This document shows positions 1 through 7,747 of a stretch of 64,000 nucleotides of DNA, piece by piece; positions within the stretch are counted from its first letter, which is position 1, and each line of letters starts with the position of its first letter. A program made the translations under genes and the position numbers. The DNA lies in assembly GCA_051117555.1 (NCBI GenBank), contig JBNPEG010000184.1:24-64023 (forward strand). The letters run 5' to 3'. This stretch comes from Elainellaceae cyanobacterium. Its GTDB lineage: Bacteria > Cyanobacteriota > Cyanobacteriia > CAZCXK01. The notes beneath the pieces were generated by a model. It saw only the letters and a list, made by a program, of their open reading frames with translations, was not told where the DNA came from and searched no databases.

Positions 1-1850
1 GGCTGGGCTATCTGCCCCTGGGGTTAGAGCTGGTGGGGCGCTTTTTACAGCGCAAACCCTGGACGCTGGCTAAAATGCAGCAGCGACTCAATGACAAACG
101 CCTGCAAGCCAGAGCCCTGTGTCAAGCCCAACCCGACATGACCGCTATCCATGAAAACGTGGCTGCCGCCTTTGAGGTGAGCTGGCAAGACCTGGATGAC
201 CCCGTGCAGGAGTTGGCCTACCGCCTCTGCCTGTTTGCCCTGGCTCCCATCCCATGGAAATGGATAGAGGACTGGTATGAAGACACCGACCCCGATGACC
301 TGGAAGACTGGCGCGATGAGGGACTGATCGACCGCAGCCTGGTGAAGACTGTCGATTGGGAACGGGAAACTGTGCAACTGCATCAGCTGATTCGAGAATT
401 CTTTCGCAGCAAGCTAGAGAAGTGGACTGAAGCCGATACCTTGAAGCGGCAATACTGTCAGCGCATGGTGCAAATCGCCCAAACCATTCCTCAAACACCG
501 ACCCGCGATCAGATTTTGGCGGTGACTTCGGCCATCCCCCACCTGGCAGAAGCCGCCACGACCTGGCAGCAATGGGTAGAGGATGATTCGTTAATCTGGC
601 CCTTCACGGGGTTGGGGCGGTTTTATGAAGGGCAAGGAGCTTATGGGCAGGCCAAACCCTGGTATGAAACCTGTCGAGAGGTGGTGGGCGATCGCCTGGG
701 CGAGGAGCATCCCGATGTGGCAACTAGCCTCAACAATCTGGCGGCACTCTACTTCAATCAAGGGCGCTATAGCGAGGCGGAACCCCTCTACCAGCAGGCG
801 CTGGCGATGAGCCAACGGCTCTTGGGCGAGGAGCATCCCGATGTGGCGCTTAGCCTCAACAATCTGGCGTTACTCTACAACCATCAAGGTTGCTATAGCG
901 AGGCGGAACCCCTCTACCAGCAGGCGCTGGCGATGAGCCAACGGCTCTTGGGCGACGAGCATCCCGCTGTGGCGCTTAGCCTCAACAATCTGGCGGCACT
1001 CTACAAAAATCAAGGGCGCTATAGCGAGGCGGAACCCCTCTACCAGCAGGCGCTGGCGATGAGCCAACGGCTCTTGGGCGACGAGCATCCCGCTGTGGCG
1101 CTTAGCCTCAACAATCTGGCGTTACTCTACAACCATCAAGGTTGCTATAGCGAGGCGGAACCCCTCTACCAGCAGGCGCTGGCGATGAGACAACGGCTCT
1201 TGGGCGACGAGCATCCCGATGTGGCGCTTAGCCTCAACAATTTGGCGGGACTCTACGCCGATCAAGGGCGCACTAGCGAGGCCGAACCCCTCTACCAGCA
1301 GGCGCTGGCGATGAATCAACGGCTCTTGGGCGAGGAGCATCCCGATGTGGCGAGTAGCCTCAACAATCTGGCGTTACTCTACGACCATCAAGGGCGCACT
1401 AGCGAGGCCGAACCCCTCTTTCAGCAGGCGCTGGCGATGAGACAACGGCTCTTGGGCGAGGAGCATCCCGATGTGGCGCGTGGCCTCAATAATCTGGCGG
1501 GACTCTACGACCATCAAGGGCGCTATAGCGAGGCCGAACCCCTCTTTCAGCAGGCGCTGGCGATATATCAACGGCTCTTGGGCGAGGAGCATCCCGCTGT
1601 GACGCGTGGCCTCAACAATCTGGCGTTACTCTACGACCATCAAGGGCGCTATAGCGAGGCCGAACCCCTCTACCTCCAAGCGATATCGGTGTTCTATCAA
1701 CAACTGGGAGAAAACCATCCCAACACCCAAACGGTTTTGAATAATTTTGTTGAGTTCCTTCGCAGGGTTATCAATTCGGGGCAAACGTCTGTGCTATCTG
1801 ACAATCCCATTACCCAACATCTGCTGCGTCAGCTTCAACAGCCAGAGTAA
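1..1850 (+). CDS. NB-ARC/TPR STAND NTPase-like protein, 5'-partial. The ORF stays open to the window start, and about eight consecutive TPR (TPR_10/12-like) repeats make up the C-terminal half.
   Basis: The reading frame upstream of the listed GTG at 33 has no stop back to base 3 and reads LGYLPLGLELVGR, which resembles the GLPLA motif of NB-ARC ARC domains. The C-terminal half consists of 42-aa repeats with the pattern NNLAxLYxxQGRYSEAEPLYQQALAMxQRLLGxEHPDVAxSL, typical of TPR units. Confidence 0.75.
   Translation, partial: LGYLPLGLELVGRFLQRKPWTLAKMQQRLNDKRLQARALCQAQPDMTAIHENVAAAFEVSWQDLDDPVQELAYRLCLFALAPIPWKWIEDWYEDTDPDDLEDWRDEGLIDRSLVKTVDWERETVQLHQLIREFFRSKLEKWTEADTLKRQYCQRMVQIAQTIPQTPTRDQILAVTSAIPHLAEAATTWQQWVEDDSLIWPFTGLGRFYEGQGAYGQAKPWYETCREVVGDRLGEEHPDVATSLNNLAALYFNQGRYSEAEPLYQQALAMSQRLLGEEHPDVALSLNNLALLYNHQGCYSEAEPLYQQALAMSQRLLGDEHPAVALSLNNLAALYKNQGRYSEAEPLYQQALAMSQRLLGDEHPAVALSLNNLALLYNHQGCYSEAEPLYQQALAMRQRLLGDEHPDVALSLNNLAGLYADQGRTSEAEPLYQQALAMNQRLLGEEHPDVASSLNNLALLYDHQGRTSEAEPLFQQALAMRQRLLGEEHPDVARGLNNLAGLYDHQGRYSEAEPLFQQALAIYQRLLGEEHPAVTRGLNNLALLYDHQGRYSEAEPLYLQAISVFYQQLGENHPNTQTVLNNFVEFLRRVINSGQTSVLSDNPITQHLLRQLQQPE
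700..1715. repeat. Intragenic tandem array of about eight near-identical 126-bp units encoding the TPR repeats.
   Basis: Long stretches such as agcgaggcggaacccctctaccagcaggcgctggcgatgagccaacggctcttgggcga recur at a 126-bp period. Frame-shifted minus-strand ORFs (870-1088, 1122-1340, 1374-1592) with near-identical translations are shadows of this repetition. Confidence 0.9.
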
Positions 1851-2140
1851 CCTATGGCCTAGAGACACAAAGGCTGAAATTCCCCAGCATCGTCAATGGG
1901 CATAAATCCAAACTCTAAAATCTAAAATCCAAAATCCAAAATCGATGGCAAGCAGTCTGCTCGTCTATGACTTTGTGAAAACGGCAGCCAAACATTCTCC
2001 CGGTCTTAAGAGCGTGGCTGACCAGTTGGGCGAACGGTTTAAGTCGATTAGTGGTCGTCGCCCCAAAGCAGACGTCACAACTGTTTAAGCCGTTTCGATA
2101 CGGAGTGCGATCGAGTCAGCCCTCACTCGATCACGTCCAG

Positions 2141-2402
2141 AGGCTCTTTAAAGAAGTTCTGAGAGTCTTTAAAGAGATTCAAAGACTCTCTAGACACTCT
2201 CAGAGACTCTTTAAAGAGATGCAGACACTCTCTAGACAATCCCAGAGACTCTTTAAAGAAGTTCCAAGACTCTCTAGACGATCCCAGAGACTCTTTAAAG
2301 AGGTTCCGAGACTCTCTAGACAATCCCAGAGACTCTTTAAAGAGGTTCGGAGACTCTTTAAAGAAGTTCAGAGACTCTCTAGAGAGATTCGAAGACTCTC
2401 TA
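2141..2402. repeat. Tandem array of about six 42-bp units with consensus AGACTCTCTAGACAATCCCAGAGACTCTTTAAAGAGGTTCCG. The 12-bp perfect palindrome CTCTTTAAAGAG is reiterated at least seven times.
   Basis: The repeat is directly visible. Both strands stay open across it (ORFs 2051-2422 + and 2123-2323 -) because of the palindromic periodicity. Unit variants are contiguous, with no interspersed unique spacers. Confidence 0.85.
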
Positions 2403-2419
2403 ATACCAATTCTCCTAAG

Positions 2420-2530
2420 TAAGTAGGTGAGACTAATTAAATATGAGACCTGTGTAGGTTGGGTTAGCGGTAGTGTAACCCAACAAAAATATTGCTAGCG
2501 TTGGGTTTCGCTACGCTCAACGCCAACCTA
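2420..2530 (+). promoter_or_regulatory. Structured 5'-leader element, copy L. It is a 46-bp core followed by hairpins (gttgggtta/taacccaac; tgtaggttgg/ccaacctaca). The core is near-identical to the inverted copy at 12548-12593.
   Basis: The core taagtaggtgagactaattaaatatgagacctgtgtaggttgggtt matches the reverse complement of 12548-12593 at 44 of 46 positions. The two copies also share downstream taacccaac...gggtt(t/a)cgcta segments. It lies about 60 nt upstream of the first GG-leader gene, in the same orientation. Confidence 0.6.
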
Positions 2531-2588
2531 CATTAGAACTTTTGTCAGTCAACGCGGATTTGTCAGATATTGTGGAGCACTATCTATC

Positions 2589-3017
2589 ATGCAAAACAAA
2601 CAACTGTTGGTTGATCTATCACCCGAGCAGTCTGCACTTATTGAAGGAGGCTATATGCTACACCTCCATAAAATTAAGGCTGTCAAAACAGGTGCCGATT
2701 CTGATGGCGTTGATGAGGCATATTTGTCTTTCTTTCCCGCTGATAAAATTCTTCCTACTGTTATCGGTGCTGGTAAAGTCTGGGGGGAAAGTATGAAAAG
2801 GGCAGATATCGCTCGCATCAACAAACGCTTTTCCATTGCAAGTAGCGGTTCAAGCCGCCTTAAGCTTTTTGACAACGACAGTTCTTGTAACTCAAGTCGT
2901 TTTGATTTAATCGGTGCGCTATCAATCTCAGGATTGCCACGTCGCAGAGCGAAAGCACGATTGAGCGGCGGCGGATCGACTTATGTATTGACGTATAGCG
3001 TCATGGCAACTTCCTGA
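2589..3017 (+). CDS. Double-glycine-leader precursor protein A (142 aa). The leader is MQNKQLLVDLSPEQSALIEGG and the core is about 120 aa of unknown family.
   Basis: The N-terminus fits the GG-leader consensus LSxxELxxIxGG (LSPEQSALIEGG). A paralog lies immediately downstream, followed by a C39-peptidase ABC exporter and HlyD. Conserved core motifs are HLHxIKAxKxGADxDGVDEAYLxFFP and RLSGxGSTYxLTYS. Confidence 0.8.
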   Translation: MQNKQLLVDLSPEQSALIEGGYMLHLHKIKAVKTGADSDGVDEAYLSFFPADKILPTVIGAGKVWGESMKRADIARINKRFSIASSGSSRLKLFDNDSSCNSSRFDLIGALSISGLPRRRAKARLSGGGSTYVLTYSVMATS

Positions 3018-3066
3018 CTCAGTCCGAAAAATCATTCTCATACAGATACAAGGAGGAACACTTATC

Positions 3067-3477
3067 ATGCAATCTAATCCATTGTTCATTGACCTATCAC
3101 CAGAACAATCTGCACTTATTGAAGGAGGATACATTTTTCACCTTCACAGTATTAAAGCCATTAAAGCAGGAGCCGATCGAGATGGTGTTGATGAGGCATA
3201 TTTGGCTTTCTTTCCTTCTATGGGTAGAGTAAACAAGATCTGGGAACGAAGCATGAAAACTGGCGATGTCGCTCGAATCAATCAACGGGTTCCTATTTCC
3301 AGAGTGGGGCGTACATCCCTTGCCCTTTTTGATGCAGATACCTGTAGTTCAGACGATTTGATTGGAGTTGTATCGAAGCCTAGACCGGCTCCAATACCGT
3401 TGCTTTTAGGACGTGGGACGATACGTTTGAGTGGCAGTGGCTCTACGTATGATTTGACATACAGCATTACTGCGTAA
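3067..3477 (+). CDS. Double-glycine-leader precursor protein B (136 aa), paralog of A. The leader is MQSNPLFIDLSPEQSALIEGG.
   Basis: A strong Shine-Dalgarno sequence aaggagg lies 8 nt upstream. The GG leader is identical in its last 12 residues to protein A. The core shares blocks with A: YxxHLHSIKAIKAGADRDGVDEAYLAFFP, ARINQR, LFDAD, DLIG, RLSGSGSTYDLTYS. Confidence 0.8.
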   Translation: MQSNPLFIDLSPEQSALIEGGYIFHLHSIKAIKAGADRDGVDEAYLAFFPSMGRVNKIWERSMKTGDVARINQRVPISRVGRTSLALFDADTCSSDDLIGVVSKPRPAPIPLLLGRGTIRLSGSGSTYDLTYSITA

Positions 3478-3517
3478 TCACAGCATCCTTAATTGCCCTC
3501 TTAATAGACTTTGAACT

Positions 3518-5731
3518 ATGCGATATCAACGTGTCCTTCAACATGACGAAGAAGACTGCGGCGCAGCCTGCGTTGCCACTGTTGCCAAACACCACGGGCG
3601 CACCTTAGCAATCAGTCGAATTCGGGAAGCCGTGGGCACCGGATCACGCGGTACGTCGCTACTCGGATTGAGTCGAGGCGCTGAATCATTAGGATTCAAC
3701 ACTCGTCAGGTGAAAGCAAACCCAGACTTTCTCGATCAGCTGCATCAAGCCCCCCTTCCTGTCATCATCCACTGGAACGGCTACCACTGGGTTGTTTTAT
3801 ATGGACGGCAGGGAAAGAAGTATGTGATTGCCGATCCAGCAGTAGGCATTCGGTATTTGACTCGTCGAGAACTGATGGAAGGGTGGGGCAATGGCGTGAT
3901 GCTATTGCTAGAACCTGATGATGGTTGGTTTTATCAGCAACCTGAAGACCAGATCGGTGGATTTGGGCGCTTTCTCCAGCGGGTGTTGCCCTATCGAAGT
4001 ATCTTGATTCAGGCGATCGCCATCAATATTTTGATTGGTCTACTATCCCTCGCGTCACCGCTGATGATGCAACTGCTCACGGATGATGTGCTGGTGCGGG
4101 GGGACACCCAACTTCTGACCACCGTGGCGATCGGCGTGATTGCGATGAATCTGTTTAGTAGCGTCATTAGTTTAGTGCAGGCGCATCTGATTGGTCATTT
4201 TGGTCAACGGCTGCAACTGGGCATGATTCTCGACTATGGGCGCAAGCTGCTGCACCTGCCCTTGAGCTACTTTGAAAGCCGTCGCAGTGGGGAAGTCGTC
4301 AGCCGCATTTCTGACGTGGATGCCGTCAATAGCCTGATTTCGCAAATCGTGTTGGGATTGCCTAGTGAATTTTTTATTGCGGTAGTATCTCTTTGTTTCA
4401 TGCTGTTTTATAGCTGGCAACTGACGCTGGCATCCCTGGCGGCTTTCGTGATCGTGACGGTAGTTAATCTGCTGTTTCTACCGGCTCTACGTCACAAAAC
4501 CCGCAATATGATTGTGTTGGGCACTGAAAATCAAGGCTTTCTGGTTGAAACATTTCGCGGGATGCAAATCCTCAAAACCACGCAAGCTACACCCCAAGCA
4601 TGGCAAGAATATCAAGCAAATTTCGGTCGGTTGGCTAATCTGGGCTGGGGCATGATGAAGCTAGAGCTGCACAGCGGCACCGTGACGGGCATTCTCTCAA
4701 CCCTGACAAGTATTTCACTGCTGTGGCTGGGTAGTTATCTGGTGATTGATCAGACGCTCACCGTGGGACAACTGCTCGCGTATAACGGCATGAGCGGCAA
4801 CTTTCTCGGCTTCCTGGGATCGGTGATTGGTTTGGTGGATGAATTTATCATGGCGCAGGTGGTGCTCCAGCGCTTAGCTGAAGTCATTGACGCGACGCCA
4901 GAAGATCAGCATGATAGCCAAAAGCCCTGGACAGAGATTCCAGCCGATGCGGATATCATATGTGCCGATCTCACCTTTCATCATGCGGGTCGGGTCGATT
5001 TGCTGCAAGATGTTTCCTTGTCCATTCCAGGCGGAGAGGTCGTGGCGCTGATTGGCAAGTCAGGCTGTGGCAAAAGCACCTTCGCTAAGCTGCTGGCTGG
5101 GTCGTATTTTCCCCAATCGGGCAACATTCGCTATGGGCTTTACAACCAGCGCGATTTGTCACTGGATTGCTTGCGGCAGCAGGTGATGTTAGTACCTCAA
5201 GAGCCCCACTTCTGGAGCCGTTCTATCATTGACAACTTCCGCTTTAGCTATCCCCACGCCACCTTTGAAAGTATCGTTCAAGCCTGTCAGATTGCGGGTG
5301 CGGATGAGTTCATTAGCAATCTACCTGACAAATACCAAACGGTGTTGGGTGAATTTGGTGCCAATCTGTCAGGCGGACAGCGGCAACGGCTGGCGATCGC
5401 CCGTGCCATTATCACTGATCCACCTGTCTTAATTCTGGATGAGTCAACAGGTGCTCTTGATCCGGTCAGTGAAGCCCAGATCCTTCAGCGGCTGTTTAAT
5501 AGTCGTCCAGGGAAAACTACGATTGTCATTAGCCATCGTCCCAGTGTTGTGCAACATGCCGACTGGCTGATCATGCTGGATCAGGGAAAGGTAGTCATTC
5601 AAGGTACGCCAGAAGATTTGCGACACCGACCCGGTGATCACCTCGATTTTCTGGGCGATGTGCCTTCATCCAATGGTTGGAATAGAAATGCAATTACGTG
5701 TACGGGCGAACGGACGTTCGCCCCTGCCTAA
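3518..5731 (+). CDS. Peptidase-C39-domain ABC transporter (PCAT; bacteriocin/GG-leader peptide processing exporter).
   Basis: The N-terminal C39 domain has the catalytic Cys in EEDCGAACVATV and His in YHWVVLYG. Six predicted TM helices are present. NBD motifs are Walker A GKSGCGKST, ABC signature LSGGQRQRLAIARA and Walker B LILDEST. Confidence 0.9.
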   Translation: MRYQRVLQHDEEDCGAACVATVAKHHGRTLAISRIREAVGTGSRGTSLLGLSRGAESLGFNTRQVKANPDFLDQLHQAPLPVIIHWNGYHWVVLYGRQGKKYVIADPAVGIRYLTRRELMEGWGNGVMLLLEPDDGWFYQQPEDQIGGFGRFLQRVLPYRSILIQAIAINILIGLLSLASPLMMQLLTDDVLVRGDTQLLTTVAIGVIAMNLFSSVISLVQAHLIGHFGQRLQLGMILDYGRKLLHLPLSYFESRRSGEVVSRISDVDAVNSLISQIVLGLPSEFFIAVVSLCFMLFYSWQLTLASLAAFVIVTVVNLLFLPALRHKTRNMIVLGTENQGFLVETFRGMQILKTTQATPQAWQEYQANFGRLANLGWGMMKLELHSGTVTGILSTLTSISLLWLGSYLVIDQTLTVGQLLAYNGMSGNFLGFLGSVIGLVDEFIMAQVVLQRLAEVIDATPEDQHDSQKPWTEIPADADIICADLTFHHAGRVDLLQDVSLSIPGGEVVALIGKSGCGKSTFAKLLAGSYFPQSGNIRYGLYNQRDLSLDCLRQQVMLVPQEPHFWSRSIIDNFRFSYPHATFESIVQACQIAGADEFISNLPDKYQTVLGEFGANLSGGQRQRLAIARAIITDPPVLILDESTGALDPVSEAQILQRLFNSRPGKTTIVISHRPSVVQHADWLIMLDQGKVVIQGTPEDLRHRPGDHLDFLGDVPSSNGWNRNAITCTGERTFAPA

Positions 5732-5898
5732 ACGATCCGCCCCTTCTGAATCAAATTTGAATACAACCTTTGAACCTTGCAATTACCTGTACGGGCGAAG
5801 CATTCGGTACACATCTTTACCTCTCTTTCATAGTACGGGCGAAGCATTCGGTACACATCTTTGCCTCTCTTTCATACCGTTTGCCCGAATGCTTCGCC
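5697..5898. repeat. Intergenic hairpin and direct-repeat cluster. A 43-bp unit gtacgggcgaagcattcggtacacatctttacctctctttcata occurs twice (5789-5831 and 5833-5875). A related palindromic hairpin gggcgaacggacgttcgccc lies at 5703-5722 and an inverted partial copy gtttgcccgaatgcttcgcc at 5879-5898.
   Basis: Directly visible in the sequence. It sits between the PCAT stop and the HlyD start. Confidence 0.7.
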
Positions 5899-5910
5899 TC
5901 TTCTACCTAA

Positions 5911-7305
5911 TTGAATTTGGATATAATCATGGCCTTAACCCATTCCTCGGATTCAACCAACCTGCCTCCCGTTTCTGCTAATGATTTTCTGCCACCCATT
6001 AGCCGCTGGACTACTACAGGAGGATTGGTGCTCATCGGCATCATGGGCATTGCGCTGGCGATCGCCTCGGTTGCCAAATACAAGGTCACAGTGAAAGCTC
6101 CGGCCAGCATTCGTCCGGCAGGAGAATTGCGAATTGTGCAAGCAGCAACAACGGGTGCTGTGACCCATATTTTGGTGAAAGAGAATCAAGCTATTCAAAG
6201 CGGAGACATGATTGCGTTGATTGATGATTCGCAACTACAAACTAAAAAGAGCCAACTGCAAAGCGCCACCCAACAGGCTCGACTTCAAATTGCCCAGATT
6301 AATGCTCAAATTCAAGCACTCGGCGATCAAATAGTAGCTGAAGAAGACCGTATGAATCGGGCGATCGCCGCTTCTGAGGCAGAACTTAGCCAACAACATC
6401 GAGATTATCAGAACCAGCAAATTAGTACTGTAATGGAAGTCGAGGAAGCAGAAGCAGAAGTCCGATCGGCAGTGGCTAGTCTGGGTGCGGCTGAATCTCG
6501 GTATCACCGCTACCAGCCCGTTGCTCAAGCGGGTGCCCTTTCCCAAGATCAACTTGAAGAGGCACACCTGGCAGTTCAGCAACAAGAACAAGCCGTCGAA
6601 GCCGCTCAAGCACGACTGCATAGACTCCAGGCAAGGTTAAATCCCAGTTCAGCCAACGTGGCGATCGCCACTGAACGCATTGCCCAAGAACAGGCAACAG
6701 GTGCTGCTACCCTTGCCGCATTGAATAAAGAGCGGGAGGCACTGATTCAACAACGGGTAGAGATGCAAAAGCAACTAGAGCAAGACACCCGCGAACTTCA
6801 GCAAGTCGAAACTGATTTGCATCAGACGGCGATCGTCGCTACGTCTGATGGCATACTTTCAACCTTGAATCTACGAAATCCAGGACAAACTGTTAGTGCA
6901 GGAGAAACCATTGCTCAGATTGTTCCAGATGACACCCCGCTGCAAATCAAAACATTTGTGCCCCCTGAACATAGAAGCAAGCTGAATGAAGGGCAATCAG
7001 CGCTGATGCGAGTGTCTGCATGTCCCTATCCCGACTATGGCACGCTCAACGGCACGGTCAGTCAAATCTCTGAAGATACGATTAAGCCCCAAACTAGCGA
7101 TACTTTGGCAGGAAGTGTTACTACTTCTGAAAATGCACCACCCACTTACGAAGTTACTATCGAGCCAAATAACTTTGTTTTGACTAGGGGCGCAGCGGAA
7201 TGTCCTATTGAGCTGGGAATGGAAGGAACCGTTGACATTATTTCGAGAGAAGAAACGGTTCTACAGTTTTTCCTGAGAAAAGCTCGGTTGATTGCAGATA
7301 ATTGA
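5911..7305 (+). CDS. HlyD-family periplasmic adaptor (membrane fusion protein) of a type I / PCAT secretion system.
   Basis: It has an N-terminal TM segment LVLIGIMGIALAIASVA followed by a long Q/A/E-rich coiled-coil region. The C-terminal beta-rich domain ends in the conserved FFLRKARL-like motif typical of HlyD/CvaA adaptors. Its position immediately after the PCAT fits this role. Confidence 0.8.
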   Translation: MNLDIIMALTHSSDSTNLPPVSANDFLPPISRWTTTGGLVLIGIMGIALAIASVAKYKVTVKAPASIRPAGELRIVQAATTGAVTHILVKENQAIQSGDMIALIDDSQLQTKKSQLQSATQQARLQIAQINAQIQALGDQIVAEEDRMNRAIAASEAELSQQHRDYQNQQISTVMEVEEAEAEVRSAVASLGAAESRYHRYQPVAQAGALSQDQLEEAHLAVQQQEQAVEAAQARLHRLQARLNPSSANVAIATERIAQEQATGAATLAALNKEREALIQQRVEMQKQLEQDTRELQQVETDLHQTAIVATSDGILSTLNLRNPGQTVSAGETIAQIVPDDTPLQIKTFVPPEHRSKLNEGQSALMRVSACPYPDYGTLNGTVSQISEDTIKPQTSDTLAGSVTTSENAPPTYEVTIEPNNFVLTRGAAECPIELGMEGTVDIISREETVLQFFLRKARLIADN

Positions 7306-7747
7306 CGAACTAAACGAGAGTCGAAGCGCATTAGATACCGCCAGAGGTGCTTTTAAGAGAGATTCTATAGATTCATACTTCTACAGACCGTTAAAAAATT
7401 TCTCAGTAGACGATTCAAATCGCATTCTCAAAATTACGAAAACTTATAGCGGTATGTGCTTGAGTTAGGACGCTGCACGTGGGGTGAACCCGTAGAGCTA
7501 TATCAGCCGATTCAGTGCTGTCAGGGAGGAGCGTAATTTTATCGGTCGACTTCATTTTTCCACTCATGATATAAATTTTTCTAATCTCAGGTATCTCCCA
7601 TTGACTCTCAGCATATGTCTCAAGAAATATTTCTATCTCATTCGCTTGACCTCCACTAAGGTGGAAAGTCTAGGGTAAACATATTAGAAAGGGCGATCGC
7701 CTTGATTCGTCATGTTCCGACGCTGCATATATTCTTGAGGACGCGCT

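Noticed and set aside
591-1592. Minus-strand ORFs (591-836, 870-1088, 1122-1340, 1374-1592) with near-identical translations.
   Set aside because: They are antisense shadows of the 126-bp TPR repeat array inside the plus-strand STAND gene.
1915-1945. A short run aaaatc(c/t)a x5 (ctaaaatctaaaatccaaaatccaaaatc).
   Set aside because: This is a simple microsatellite-like slip region in an intergenic spacer. It is too short to assign function.
2141-2402. A possible CRISPR array.
   Set aside because: The repeat units are directly adjacent with no unique spacers. No cas genes are in the window. The unit structure is palindromic satellite-like rather than repeat-spacer.
2051-2422. A 123-aa ORF encoding a repetitive basic peptide (SQRLFKEVxRLSR)n, plus an antisense 66-aa ORF.
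   Set aside because: Both strands are open only because the DNA is a 42-bp palindromic tandem repeat. There is no convincing RBS, and the periodic amino-acid pattern is an artefact of the repeat. I treated it as a non-coding repeat, though expression cannot be excluded.
5634-5981. A 115-aa plus-strand ORF spanning the PCAT-HlyD spacer.
   Set aside because: It overlaps the PCAT 3' end and runs through the direct and inverted repeat cluster. Its composition is dictated by the repeats.
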